Notes: generated from the sequence alone by a model not told the origin. Counted from the first letter of the stretch, positions 47,404-57,695 are shown. The stretch is DNA of 64,000 bases from Trueperaceae bacterium (GCA_034520945.1 JAXHNB010000002.1:1-64000), one strand, 5' to 3'. Numbers and translations are program-made.

Positions 47404-48321
47404 ATGCCCTACATGCTTCGCCGTTCCCTGTTCGCCGTCCTGCTGCTCGCGTTCGTTCCGCTGGCGCTGGCCCAGCAGGCCCGCGTCGCCGTGATGACGC
47501 CCTATCTGGCCTCGGCCACCACGCGGATCATGGTCGAGGAGCTCGAGGCGGCGCTTCAAGAGATGGACTACGCCGTGAACGTGATCGATACCGCCGGCGA
47601 CGTCGGCGCGTTGGACGGACGCATTCAGGACGTGGTGACGCAGGACGTCGACGCGATCGTGCTGTCCGTCAACCCCGAACTGGTGCCCGCCGCGGTCGAG
47701 AACGCCAACGACGCCGGCATCCCGGTGTTCGGGATGGACGCCGGGTCCACGCAGGGGCTGGTGCAGGACGTGACATCCAACAACTACGCCATGGCGGCGC
47801 AGACCGCGACCTACCTGGTGGACGCGATTCAGGGCGAGGGCCGCGTGCTGATGCTGGTGCACCCGCCCTACGCGCCGGTGCAGAAGCGCGGCGTGGTGGC
47901 GCGCGCCATCTTCGACAACACGCCCGACGTCGAGGTGATGGACGAGGTGTTCGTCGACGTGCCCGGCCCGCTGGAGAACGCCCGCAACGCCGTCGAGGCG
48001 GTGCTGACCGCCAACCCCGAGCCGGGCGCCATCGCGGGCATCTGGGCGGCCTGGGACGAGCCCGCCCTGGGGGCGCTGCAGGCGATCGAGTCGCAGGGCC
48101 GCGCGAATGAGGGCATCGTCATCGTCGGGCTCGACGCGATCGATCCCGCACGCGCGGCGATCGCGGAGGGTGGCCCGTTCGAAGCGACGGTGGCGCAGGA
48201 CTTCGAAGCGATCGCGAACACCGTGGCGGAGCGCGTCGACGCCTACCTGAACGGCGAGGAGCCGAGCCAACGGACGATCTACATCCCGGCGTCGCTGCTG
48301 ACGCAGGACGAGCTTCGCTGA
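47404..48321 (+). CDS. Monosaccharide ABC substrate-binding protein (RbsB-like)
   Basis: GGAGGAGG RBS, signal peptide, AGIPVFGMD and WAAWDEPALGA. Confidence 0.92.
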   Translation: MPYMLRRSLFAVLLLAFVPLALAQQARVAVMTPYLASATTRIMVEELEAALQEMDYAVNVIDTAGDVGALDGRIQDVVTQDVDAIVLSVNPELVPAAVENANDAGIPVFGMDAGSTQGLVQDVTSNNYAMAAQTATYLVDAIQGEGRVLMLVHPPYAPVQKRGVVARAIFDNTPDVEVMDEVFVDVPGPLENARNAVEAVLTANPEPGAIAGIWAAWDEPALGALQAIESQGRANEGIVIVGLDAIDPARAAIAEGGPFEATVAQDFEAIANTVAERVDAYLNGEEPSQRTIYIPASLLTQDELR

Positions 48322-48374
48322 GCGCGTGAACAGCCGACCGGGACGCCCCGCCCGCCGGGGGCGGGGCCGCCCCC

Positions 48375-49901
48375 TTGCTGGCGGTGCGGGGCGCCTCGAA
48401 GCGTTTCGACGGCGAAGTCGCGTTGGAGGACGCCTCGCTGGAGGTGCGCGCCGGCGAGGTGCACGCGCTGATGGGCGAGAACGGGGCCGGCAAGTCCACC
48501 CTGATCAAGCTTCTGGCCGGCGTCGAGACGCCCGACGCGATGCAGCTCGAGGTCCTCGGTCGGCCCGAGCACGTGGGCGGTCCCGGCGACGCCGGCCGCT
48601 TGGGCCTGCGCTTCATCCACCAGGAGTTGAACGTGGTGCCGGCGTTGTCGGTGGCCGAGAACATCTTCCTCGGGCACGACTATCCGCGGCGCATGACGGG
48701 TCTGGTGGATTGGCGCGCGCTGCGGGCTCGGGCCCGCGACACGTTGGCGGGGCTTGGCGTCCGCCACATCGATCCCGCCGTGCCGATGAGCCGCCTCGGC
48801 ACCGGCGACGCCATGCTGGTGTCGATCGCGCGGGCGTTCGTGGAGCCGGCCGGCGCGGGCGAGCGCGGCCTGGTCTACGTCATGGACGAGCCGACCGCGG
48901 CGCTGTCGCGCCACGAGACGCAGCTGCTGTTCGAGGTGGTGCGAGGCCTGCGCAGCCGCGGGGCGGGGGTGCTGTACGTCTCGCACCGCATGGAGGAGAT
49001 CTTCGAGATCGCCGACCGCATCACCGTCCTGCGCGACGGGCGGGTGGTGCGCACCGTCGCGAGCGAGGACGCCACGCGCGAGGGGCTGATCCACGCCATG
49101 ACCGGGCGGGCCCTGGACGGCAGCTACGGCGGCGCCTCGCAAGGCGGGCCCCAAGACGATGCCCGCGCCGGCGCGCCGGCCCTGGAGGCGCGCGAGCTGC
49201 GCACGGCCGACCTGCACGGGGTGTCGCTGAAGGTGTGGCCCGGCGAGGTGGTGGGCGTGACCGGCCTGGCCGGGTCGGGCCGCACCGAGCTGCTGCGGGC
49301 GTTGCTGGGCGCCGACCCGCTCCGTGAGGGCCAGGTCCTGTTGGCGGGCCAGGAGGTGCACCTCGAGCATCCTGCCGAGGCGTGGGCGGCCGGGCTGGCG
49401 TACGTGCCCGAGGAGCGCCGCAGCCAGGCGCTGGCGATGGGGGCCGACGTGCGGCGCAACCTGTTGCTGCCGCACCTGGCCCGAGTGTCCACCTTCGGTG
49501 TCGCCGACCGCCGCCGCGAACGGCGGGAGGCGGATGCCTGGGGTCGCGAGGTGGGCCTGCGCGCCCGTGGTCCGCACCAGGCGGTGCACGAGCTCTCCGG
49601 CGGAAACCAGCAGAAGGTGGTGCTGGCACGGGCGTTGGCGGCGCGGCCGCGGGTGCTGTTGTTGGACGAGCCGACCCGCGGCGTCGACGTCGGTGCGAAG
49701 GCCGACATCTACCGGCTGGTCCGCCAGGCGGCGGCGGACGGCGCGGCGGTGCTGCTGGCGTCGTCCGACCTGGACGAGGTGCTCGGCGTGTGCGAGCGTG
49801 TCCTGGTGCTGCACGAGGGGCGCATCACGCACGAACGGCCGGTCGCGACGCTGGACCGCGGTGCGCTGCTGGAGTTGTGCTACGGCGGGGCGGCCGCATG
49901 A
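48375..49901 (+). CDS. Monosaccharide ABC ATP-binding protein (RbsA-like, two NBDs); true start may be GTG 48326 with a 1-nt indel
   Basis: GENGAGKST, MDEPT, LSGGNQQK and LDEPTRGVDVGAK. Confidence 0.93.
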   Translation: MLAVRGASKRFDGEVALEDASLEVRAGEVHALMGENGAGKSTLIKLLAGVETPDAMQLEVLGRPEHVGGPGDAGRLGLRFIHQELNVVPALSVAENIFLGHDYPRRMTGLVDWRALRARARDTLAGLGVRHIDPAVPMSRLGTGDAMLVSIARAFVEPAGAGERGLVYVMDEPTAALSRHETQLLFEVVRGLRSRGAGVLYVSHRMEEIFEIADRITVLRDGRVVRTVASEDATREGLIHAMTGRALDGSYGGASQGGPQDDARAGAPALEARELRTADLHGVSLKVWPGEVVGVTGLAGSGRTELLRALLGADPLREGQVLLAGQEVHLEHPAEAWAAGLAYVPEERRSQALAMGADVRRNLLLPHLARVSTFGVADRRRERREADAWGREVGLRARGPHQAVHELSGGNQQKVVLARALAARPRVLLLDEPTRGVDVGAKADIYRLVRQAAADGAAVLLASSDLDEVLGVCERVLVLHEGRITHERPVATLDRGALLELCYGGAAA

Positions 49902-50905
49902 GCACCGAGTCGTCCGCCCCGGCGGTGCGTGGCGGCCCGTCGCGACGCCTGCGCGCGCTCCGTCGCTACGGCACGCTGGTGGGTCTGTTAGCCATCATCG
50001 GGGTGTTCTGGACCCTGCGGCCGGACACCTTCATGACGATCGGCAACTGGCTCAACATCACCCAGCAGGTGTCGATCCTGGCGGTGGTGGCGTTCACCAG
50101 CACGGTGGTGATGGTGACCGGCGCCTTCGACCTGTCGGTCGGCACGCTGGCCAGCCTGAGCGGCATGATCGCGGCGGGCCTGATGCAGGCGGGCTACCCC
50201 ATCCCGGTCGCGATCGCCTTGGCCCTGGCTGCGGCCGCCGCCGCGGGCGTGCTGAACGGTCTGCTGGTGGCGTACCTGCGCATCGTGCCGTTCGTGGCGA
50301 CGCTGGGGACGCTCACCATGTTCGGCGGGTTCGCGCTGCTGGTGTCGGGCGGAAGCACCATCTACGGCCGCGCCATCCCCAGCGCGTTCGGGTCGTTCGG
50401 GCGGGGCGGCATCCCCTTGGGGACGTTCGACGGCCGCGCGGTGCTGCTCCCCAACCTCACGCTGGTGGCGGCGGGGGTGCTGCTGGCCACCTGGGTGCTG
50501 CTGGAGCACACCACCTACGGCCGCCGCCTGTACGCCACCGGCGGCAACGTGGTCGCGGCGCGGCTGGCTGGGCTGCGCGTCCGGCGCCTGGTGCTCGGGG
50601 CGTTCATGGTGAACGGGATCGGCGCCGGCATCGGCGGGCTGATGCTCACCAGCCGCCTGGCCTCCGCCAACCCCACGCAGGGCGACGGGCTGATGCTGAA
50701 CGCCATCGCCGCGGTGTTCCTGGGGGTCACGCTCAGCGAGGAGGGCGAACCGCGCGTGCTCGGCACCTTGGTGGGGGTGCTGATCCTGGGCGTGCTGGCC
50801 AACGGGCTGACCCAGCTCCAGATCGATACCTACGTCCAACAGGTGCTGACCGGCGCCATCGTGGTGGCCGCGGTCGCGTTCGGCAGCGTTTCGAAGCGCG
50901 GATGA
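49898..50905 (+). CDS. Monosaccharide ABC permease (RbsC-like)
   Basis: FDLSVG, PFVATLG and GGNVVAARLAG. Confidence 0.94.
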   Translation: MSTESSAPAVRGGPSRRLRALRRYGTLVGLLAIIGVFWTLRPDTFMTIGNWLNITQQVSILAVVAFTSTVVMVTGAFDLSVGTLASLSGMIAAGLMQAGYPIPVAIALALAAAAAAGVLNGLLVAYLRIVPFVATLGTLTMFGGFALLVSGGSTIYGRAIPSAFGSFGRGGIPLGTFDGRAVLLPNLTLVAAGVLLATWVLLEHTTYGRRLYATGGNVVAARLAGLRVRRLVLGAFMVNGIGAGIGGLMLTSRLASANPTQGDGLMLNAIAAVFLGVTLSEEGEPRVLGTLVGVLILGVLANGLTQLQIDTYVQQVLTGAIVVAAVAFGSVSKRG

Positions 50906-50915
50906 GGGGAGGACC

Positions 50916-52436
50916 ATGACCGACGCAGGCGAGCAGGATGCGCTGGTGCTCGACGTCGGCACCAGCGCCGTGAAGGCGGCGGTGCTGACGCCGGACGGCA
51001 CGGTCCGCGCCCAGGCGGCGGCGGAGATCGCCACGCGCACCGCCGAGGGCGGCGTGATGGAGCAGGACGCCAGCGCCTGGTGGGAGGCGACCCGCAGCGC
51101 GGTGGCGGGCCTGTCCGGCGCGGTGGACCTGGGTGGCGTGGGGCGCGTGGCGCTCACCGGCCAGATGCAGGATCTGACCCTGGCCGACGCGGACGGCCGG
51201 CCGCTCCGCCCCACCATCCTGTACGGCGACACCCGGGCGGTGCGCGAGGCCGCCGAGGTGAACGCGGCGGTCGGGGCGGCGCGCCTGCGCGACCTGAGCG
51301 GCAACGAACCGGACGCGGGCGGGCTGCTGGCCAAGCTGGCCTGGCTGCGCCGCCACGAACCCGGGACGTGGGCGAACACCGAGCGGATCTTCCTCGGCGC
51401 CAGCGACGCGGTCGCGTTCCGCCTGACCGGGCGCGCCGCCTGCGACACCACCACCGCCTCCACCACCAGCCTGATGGCGCTGGAGGCCCGCGCGCCCCTC
51501 CCGAACGAGGTGTTCGAGGCGCTGGGCATGGCCGGCGTGCCGGCGCGGTTGCCCCGCCTGGTCGCGGGCGGCACCGCGGTCGGGCCGCTCACCCCCGCGG
51601 CCGCAGACGCCCTGGGCGTGCCGGCCGGCATCGCGGTGCACGTGGGGCCCGGCGACGCCGGCGCGACCACCGTAGGCGCCGGCAGCGGCGAGCCGGGGCC
51701 CGCCTCGGGGTACGTGGGGACCAGTGGCTGGGTGGCGTTCAGCGCAGCAGCGCGCGGCGACCCGGACGCAGGCGTGTTCACCCTCGCCCATCCTGCGCCG
51801 GGCCGGACCATTCAGGTGGCGCCGCTGTTGACGGCCGGCGGCAACCTGGCCTGGGCGAGGGCCGCGCTGGGCGCGGGCGCAGATTACGAGGCGTTGATCG
51901 ACGAGGCGCTGGACCGACCGCCCGGCCGCACCTTGTACCTGCCGTACCTGCAGGGCGAGCGCGCGCCGTTTCGGGATCCCGACGCGCGTGGCGCGTTCAT
52001 CGGGCTCGAGCTCGGCACCACGCACCTGGACATGGTCAGGGCGGTGCTGGAAGGCGTGGCGTTCGCCTACCGGCACGCGTTGCGGGCGTTGCGGCCCGGC
52101 TCGGACGAGGCGCTGGAGGGGCTGGTCCTGTCGGGGGGTGGCACGCGTTCGGCGGCGTGGTGTCAGCTGTTCGCCACCGTTCTGGGGGCGCCGGTGCGGG
52201 TGATGGACGAGCCGGGCGCGGTGGGGGTGCGCGGGGCGCTTCGCTGCGCGCAGGTCGCGGCCGGCGACGCGCCGGACTACCGCGTCCGCCTGCGGGTCCG
52301 CACCTTCGAGCCCGACCCGGCCGCACGCGCCCACTACGACGCGCTGTTCGAGCAGTTCCTGCAGGCGTACGTGGGGCTCCGGCCGACGTTCCAAGGGCTG
52401 GCCCAGGTGCCGACCGCCTCGGGGGGCACGCCGTAG
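50916..52436 (+). CDS. FGGY-family carbohydrate kinase (xylulokinase-like)
   Basis: DVGTSAVK, TGQMQD, GTSGW, PYLQGERAP and RAVLEGV. Confidence 0.9.
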   Translation: MTDAGEQDALVLDVGTSAVKAAVLTPDGTVRAQAAAEIATRTAEGGVMEQDASAWWEATRSAVAGLSGAVDLGGVGRVALTGQMQDLTLADADGRPLRPTILYGDTRAVREAAEVNAAVGAARLRDLSGNEPDAGGLLAKLAWLRRHEPGTWANTERIFLGASDAVAFRLTGRAACDTTTASTTSLMALEARAPLPNEVFEALGMAGVPARLPRLVAGGTAVGPLTPAAADALGVPAGIAVHVGPGDAGATTVGAGSGEPGPASGYVGTSGWVAFSAAARGDPDAGVFTLAHPAPGRTIQVAPLLTAGGNLAWARAALGAGADYEALIDEALDRPPGRTLYLPYLQGERAPFRDPDARGAFIGLELGTTHLDMVRAVLEGVAFAYRHALRALRPGSDEALEGLVLSGGGTRSAAWCQLFATVLGAPVRVMDEPGAVGVRGALRCAQVAAGDAPDYRVRLRVRTFEPDPAARAHYDALFEQFLQAYVGLRPTFQGLAQVPTASGGTP

Positions 52437-52527
52437 GGAGGGGGCGAGCTGTCGCGCTCCGGCCGGCTGCGCCGGTGCGCAGGGGAATTGTGCCGGGGCG
52501 CACGCCCGGCTTGCGAGACGTGACCTA

Positions 52528-52541
52528 ACCTACCGGTAGGT
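52528..52541. promoter_or_regulatory. Perfect 14-bp palindrome ACCTACCGGTAGGT, probable TetR operator
   Basis: Abuts the TetR ATG and overlaps the TAACCT -10-like box (52526-52531). Confidence 0.75.
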
Positions 52542-53096
52542 ATGGGTGTTCGGGAGCAGATCCTCACGGCCGCGGAACGGGCCTTCGCGGCACGCGGCTA
52601 CGCGGGCACGCAGGTCGGCGAGATCGCGGGGGAGCTGGGGCTCACCAAGGCCGCCATCTACCACTACTTCGAGTCCAAGCGGGCGCTGCTCACCACGCTC
52701 CTCGACGAGAGCCTTGCCGCCGCGCAGCACGCGCTGACCATGGAGGCACCGCTGGCCTCCCGGCTGCACGCCTACGCCGACGTGTACCGAGACCAACTCG
52801 AACCGCTGACCGCGGTGGCGACGGCGCAATCGACGCGTCGCGGCGGCGACCTGGAGGCGGGCCGCATCGCCGGTCGCTACATGCAGCGCAGCGTCGCGCT
52901 GCTGGAGGAGGCGCTGCGCGAGCACGTGGGCAACGAGCGCGCCGGGCTGCTGGCGCCCCTGTTCAGCACCATCGTGCACGGTGCGCACATGATGGCGCAG
53001 CACCATCCCGGCGTGCAGCGGGAGGCGCTCGTCGACGAGGGCGTGCGGGTGTTCGTGCGGGGCATCGGCGGACCCTGGGAGGCGGAGGCGCGATGA
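52542..53096 (+). CDS. TetR/AcrR family regulator
   Basis: REQILTAAERAFAARGY..IAGELGLTKAAIYHYFESK. Confidence 0.94.
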   Translation: MGVREQILTAAERAFAARGYAGTQVGEIAGELGLTKAAIYHYFESKRALLTTLLDESLAAAQHALTMEAPLASRLHAYADVYRDQLEPLTAVATAQSTRRGGDLEAGRIAGRYMQRSVALLEEALREHVGNERAGLLAPLFSTIVHGAHMMAQHHPGVQREALVDEGVRVFVRGIGGPWEAEAR

Positions 53097-54013
53097 ACGT
53101 CGCGATGGCGACACCGGCGCCGCACGAGTCGCTGGTGCGGTGCGCCGAGCTGGCGCGGGCGCACTCCACCACCTTCGCGTGGGGCGCGCGGGCGTTCCCG
53201 GCCGACGAACGCCGTGCCGTCCTGGCGATCTACGCCGCCTGCCGGGCCGGCGACGACGCCGTCGACGAGGCGCCCGCCGGCGCCGATCCCGCCGCGCGTT
53301 TGGCGGCGTGGTGGGCGGGGATCGAGCGCGCCTACGCCGGTACGCCCACCGCCGGCGACGCGCGCGAGGAGGCGCTCGCCTGGGTGCTGTCGCGCTACCA
53401 GGTTCCGTTCGACGCCTTCTCCGAGCTGCACCTGGGGCTCCAGTCCGACCTGGCGCGCAGCCGTGTGGAGACGTTGGACGAATTGATGCTGTACTGCCGC
53501 CGGGTCGGCGGCGTGGTGGGGTGGATGATCACGCCGATCGCGGTCGAACACGCCACGCCCGAAATGCAGCGCGACGCCCTCGCGCTCGGCGAGGCGATGC
53601 AGCTCACCAACATCCTGCGTGACGTGGGCGAGGACCTGCGCCTGGGCCGCCTCTACCTTCCGGCCCAGGCGCTGCATCGCTACGGCGTCCGCGAGGACGA
53701 TCTGCAGGCGGGCCGCGTCACCGACGCCTACGTCGGGCTTCTGCGACACCTCGCCCGCCGCGCCGATCGCCTGTACCGCCAGGCCTGGCGCAGCATTCCT
53801 CGCCTCGAGGGGCGCGCCGCGTTGGCGGTCGGGCTCGCCGCCGACCAGTACCGCGGCATCCTCGGGACGTTGCGGCGCAACGGGTACGACAACCTGACCC
53901 GCCGTGCCAGCCTGACGCACGCGCAGCGCCTCGCCCTCGTCCCCCTCGCCGCAGCGCGCGTGATGGACGGACGCAGGCGGGCCGCGCGCCTCGGCCGAGG
54001 GGGGCGGCCGTGA
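53093..54013 (+). CDS. crtB: Phytoene synthase
   Basis: HSTTF, YAACRAGDDAVD, YCRRVGGVVG and MQLTNILRDVGED..GRLYLP. Confidence 0.93.
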   Translation: MNVAMATPAPHESLVRCAELARAHSTTFAWGARAFPADERRAVLAIYAACRAGDDAVDEAPAGADPAARLAAWWAGIERAYAGTPTAGDAREEALAWVLSRYQVPFDAFSELHLGLQSDLARSRVETLDELMLYCRRVGGVVGWMITPIAVEHATPEMQRDALALGEAMQLTNILRDVGEDLRLGRLYLPAQALHRYGVREDDLQAGRVTDAYVGLLRHLARRADRLYRQAWRSIPRLEGRAALAVGLAADQYRGILGTLRRNGYDNLTRRASLTHAQRLALVPLAAARVMDGRRRAARLGRGGRP

Positions 54014-54104
54014 CGCGCCCCGCCCGCTCGGCCGTGGTCACCGGGTCAGGGTTGGGGCGCGACGCCGGCGCGGCCGGTCCGCTCGGCGCGGTGGAGGTGG
54101 CCGG

Positions 54105-54854
54105 ATGACCTACCTTCAGTTCCACCTCGTCTTCCTGCTGCCGCCGATCGTGGCGCTGTTCCTGCTTACGCGCCGGCGCCTCCGCGGCACGGCGCTCGGC
54201 GCGAGCCGGGTCGTGACCGCGTTCGCCGCGATCGTGGTGCTGGCGCTGGCCTACACCACACCCTGGGACAACGCCCTGGTGGCCCGCGGTGTGTGGGGGT
54301 ACCCAGACGGGCGCGTGCTGTTTACGCTCGGGTACGTGCCGATCGAGGAGTACGCCTTCTTCGTGCTGCAACCGATCCTTACGGGGCTTGCGCTGCTGGT
54401 GCTGGCCGGGCCCGGGCCGTTGGCGCCGCGGGCGCGGCCAGCGCCGTGCGCCGCGCTGTGGCGGGTCCTCGGCGCGAGCGGCTTCCTCGCGCTGGGCGGT
54501 GTGGGCGCCGCGCTGCTCACGACACAGGCCGGGACCTACCTGGGCATGATCCTCGCCTGGGCGGGGCCCGTGGGGGCGTTGCAGTGGGCCGTCGGGGGGC
54601 ACGAGCTCGCGGCGCGCGGGCGGTCGTGGCTGCCCGCGGTGGCGGTGTCGACGCTCTACCTGTGGGCGGCCGACCGCGCCGCCCTGGCGCTGGGGATCTG
54701 GTGGATCTCGCCGGAGCTGACCACGGGGGTCCACCTGCTGGGCCTGCCCGTCGAGGAGGCGACGTTCTTCCTGGTCACCAACCTGATGGTGGTGCAGGGC
54801 TTGGTGCTGTTCCTGGCGATGGTGCCGCGGAGGGAGTGGCGATGGGCGTACTAG
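54105..54854 (+). CDS. Membrane lycopene cyclase (fused CrtYc/Yd type)
   Basis: MTYLQFHLVF, YTTPWDN and two PxEE motifs (PIEEY, PVEEA). Confidence 0.88.
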   Translation: MTYLQFHLVFLLPPIVALFLLTRRRLRGTALGASRVVTAFAAIVVLALAYTTPWDNALVARGVWGYPDGRVLFTLGYVPIEEYAFFVLQPILTGLALLVLAGPGPLAPRARPAPCAALWRVLGASGFLALGGVGAALLTTQAGTYLGMILAWAGPVGALQWAVGGHELAARGRSWLPAVAVSTLYLWAADRAALALGIWWISPELTTGVHLLGLPVEEATFFLVTNLMVVQGLVLFLAMVPRREWRWAY

Positions 54855-55480
54855 GGGCGTTCCTCCGCACCGGTTTCGACGTGATGGTACGGCGGCGCCT
54901 GCGTGGGGTGTGGTTGCGCGGCGAGCTTCCCGGCGGCGGGTTCGTGTGGGCCGCCAACCACCACGGCTGGTGGGACGCCTTCGTCGCCGTCGTCATGCTG
55001 TGGCGCCGCGGCCGACGGGTGTGCGTCCTGGTCGACCCCGAGAGCCTGGCCCAGCACGGCTACCTGCGGCACGCCGGGGCGCTGGGCACGCACGAACTTC
55101 GCGCCGCCCTGGCCCGGTTGCGCGCGGGGGAGGTGGTGGTGATCTTCCCCGAGGGCGAGCTGCGTGCGGCGGGACCGGTCGGTCCGCTGGCGGGCGGCGC
55201 CGCCTGGTTGGCGCGGCGGGCGCCCGCCCCGCTGGTGGCGGTGGCGACCCGTGTCACGCTGCGCGGGCACCAGGCGCCGGAGGCCTACCTGTCGCTGCGG
55301 CCCTGCCGGCCCGACGCCCTCGAGGCGGCCCTGCGCGAGGAAGTGGCGGAACTCGACGCCGAACTGCAGGCGTCCGACCCGCGCGCGCCGCTGCCGGGCT
55401 TCGCGCGCGTGTTGGCCGGGCGCCGGAGCGCCGAGGAGCGCCTGCCGCGCCGCGGGACCGCGCGGGAGACCTCCCGGTGA
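54842..55480 (+). CDS. PlsC-like acyltransferase, probable carotenoid-glycoside acyltransferase
   Basis: ANHHGWWD (NHxxxxD) and IFPEG; carotenoid operon context. Confidence 0.82.
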   Translation: MGVLGAFLRTGFDVMVRRRLRGVWLRGELPGGGFVWAANHHGWWDAFVAVVMLWRRGRRVCVLVDPESLAQHGYLRHAGALGTHELRAALARLRAGEVVVIFPEGELRAAGPVGPLAGGAAWLARRAPAPLVAVATRVTLRGHQAPEAYLSLRPCRPDALEAALREEVAELDAELQASDPRAPLPGFARVLAGRRSAEERLPRRGTARETSR

Positions 55481-56556
55481 GCGTCCTGCTGCCGTGGGCC
55501 GTGCTGGCCGTATGGGCGTTGCGCATCTGTGTGCTGAGCGTCAACCTGCGGGCGTTCCCCGTCCTGGCGCCCGCGGGCGGGGACGCCACGCTCGGACGCG
55601 TCTCTTTGCTCGTCCCCGCCCGCGACGAGGAGGCCACGCTGCGCGAGACGCTGCGCGGGCTGTTGGCGCAACCCGCCGACGAGATTCTGGTCCTGAACGA
55701 TCATTCGCGCGACGGCACCGGCGCGCTCCTGGCGGCGGCGGCGCGGGACCACCCCACTCTTCGCGTTCTGGAGGGCGCGCCGCTCCCCGAGGGGTGGATC
55801 GGCAAGAACTGGGCGTGCCATCAGTTGGCCGAAGCCGCGCAGGGGGACGTCCTGGTGTTCGCGGACGCCGACGTGCGGTGGCAGGAGGGGGCGCTGCCCG
55901 CCCTCGTGGCGGAGATGGCACGCCAGGGCGCGGACGCGTTCTCCGTGTTCCCGCGTCAACGGATGGGCAGCCTGGGGGAGCGCGCGGTCCTGCCGCTGAT
56001 CGACGAGACCTTGCTGTCGTTCCTTCCGTTCGCCTTGCTGGAGCGTGACGTGCCGTCCGCCGCGGCGGCGCACGGGGCGGTCTTCGCGTTCCGGCGCGAT
56101 GCCTACCGGCGTACCGGCGGTCACGCGGCGCTTCGGGGCGAGATCCTCGAGGACGTGCGGATGGCGCAGCGTGTGCGGCGCGTCGGCGCGCGGTTGGGCC
56201 TGGCGCTGGGCGGCCCCATGCTGGGCATCCGCATGTATCACGGCTACGCCCAGCTCGTGCGCGGGATGGGCAAGAGCCTCCGCGCCATCCACGGCGACGC
56301 GCGCCTGCTGGTGGTGCTGGGGGCGGTCGCGAACCTGGCGATGTACACGGCGCCGTTCGTGCTGGCGCCGCTCGACCTGCGCTGGCTGCCGGCGGCGGCC
56401 CTGGCACTGCTGTCGCGGGCGCTGGTCGACGCCAAGACGGGCCGCGGATCGCTGGCCGAGCTCGCGCTGGTGCCGTTCGCGCCGTTGCTGGCGCTGCCCG
56501 CCTACGCCCTGGGCCTGCGCCGCCAGCGCCACTGGAAAGGACGGGTCTACGCGTGA
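55477..56556 (+). CDS. GT2 glycosyltransferase, probable carotenoid glycosyltransferase
   Basis: VPARDEE, DHSRDGT, GWIGKNWAC, FADAD, EDV and WKGR C-terminus. Confidence 0.88.
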   Translation: MSVLLPWAVLAVWALRICVLSVNLRAFPVLAPAGGDATLGRVSLLVPARDEEATLRETLRGLLAQPADEILVLNDHSRDGTGALLAAAARDHPTLRVLEGAPLPEGWIGKNWACHQLAEAAQGDVLVFADADVRWQEGALPALVAEMARQGADAFSVFPRQRMGSLGERAVLPLIDETLLSFLPFALLERDVPSAAAAHGAVFAFRRDAYRRTGGHAALRGEILEDVRMAQRVRRVGARLGLALGGPMLGIRMYHGYAQLVRGMGKSLRAIHGDARLLVVLGAVANLAMYTAPFVLAPLDLRWLPAAALALLSRALVDAKTGRGSLAELALVPFAPLLALPAYALGLRRQRHWKGRVYA

Positions 56557-57695
56557 CGGCGGCCCCCCGTTCGTCGCTGCCCTCGCCCCAGGGCGCTCCC
56601 GTCGCCGGGCATCTGGGCCGCTGGGGGAAAGAACCCCTGACGCTGCTCGAAGAAGGGGCGGCACTGGGCGAGGCATTCGAGCTTCGCCTGTGGCGGCGCG
56701 CCGTGGTCGGGTACTCCACCGCCTGGAACCGGACCGTGCTGGGCGACCTGGACACCTTCCGAAGCCGCGGCAGCCTCAGCGGCATGACGCCGTACCTGAA
56801 CGGGGGCGTCGTCATGACCGACCCGCCGGCGCACGCCGAGCGCAGGGCCCAACTGAACCCGCACTTTCACGCGACGGCGCTGGCGCCGCTGCGCGAGCGG
56901 CTGGCGCGTACGGTCGATCGCGAGCTGCCGCGCGGTTCGTTCGACACCGTCGCGTGGTCGCTTCGGGTGGTGCCGGCGCTGCTCAACGAGGCGTTCTTCG
57001 GAGGTTCGTTCCCGCCGGCGCTGCTGGCGCACTTCCTGGCGCCGCTGCACCGGCCGTTGCCCGGGCCGCTGCTACCGCGGCCGGTGCGCTTCGCCCGCGT
57101 GCGGCGCCAGATCGCGCGCCGCATGGGGCACGCCCCGGAGGGCGCGCTCGTGAACGAGCTGGCGCACCTACCGGGCGCGGCGGAGGAGGTGCGGGTGTCG
57201 CTGGCCGCCGGGTTCGACACCACCTCGCACACCCTCTCCTGGGCGTTGTGGTTCCTCGCGTCGCATCCGGACGCCCGCAACCAGGAAGCCCTGCCACGGT
57301 TGATCAAGGAGACGCAGCGCCTGTACCCGGCCGGCTGGCTGGGCAGCCGCGTCACGTCGCGCCCGTTCACGTTCGAGGGCCGCACCTTTCCGCGGGGCCT
57401 GCTGGTGTTCTACAGCCCCTACCTCACCCACCGCCATCCGGACCTGTGGCGCAATCCGGCGAGCTTCGAGCCGGACCGGTTCGCGTCGCGCCCCCCGGCC
57501 TGGGGGTACATCCCCTTCGCGGCGGGGCCGCGCGCCTGCCTGGGCATGCACCTGGCGCGGATGATGCTCGAGGTGGCGCTGGAGCCGTTCCTGGCCGGAA
57601 CGCTGGAGGCCGTGGACGGCGACCCGCGGCCCCGCACCGGCCTGACCCTCGCCCCGCGCGGGCCGTTGCAGGTGCGCTGGGACCCCCGCGCCTGA
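56553..57695 (+). CDS. Cytochrome P450, probable carotenoid hydroxylase
   Basis: AGFDTT, ETQR (ExxR), PDRF and PFAAGPRACLG heme motif; coupled to the GT2 gene. Confidence 0.9.
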   Translation: MTAAPRSSLPSPQGAPVAGHLGRWGKEPLTLLEEGAALGEAFELRLWRRAVVGYSTAWNRTVLGDLDTFRSRGSLSGMTPYLNGGVVMTDPPAHAERRAQLNPHFHATALAPLRERLARTVDRELPRGSFDTVAWSLRVVPALLNEAFFGGSFPPALLAHFLAPLHRPLPGPLLPRPVRFARVRRQIARRMGHAPEGALVNELAHLPGAAEEVRVSLAAGFDTTSHTLSWALWFLASHPDARNQEALPRLIKETQRLYPAGWLGSRVTSRPFTFEGRTFPRGLLVFYSPYLTHRHPDLWRNPASFEPDRFASRPPAWGYIPFAAGPRACLGMHLARMMLEVALEPFLAGTLEAVDGDPRPRTGLTLAPRGPLQVRWDPRA

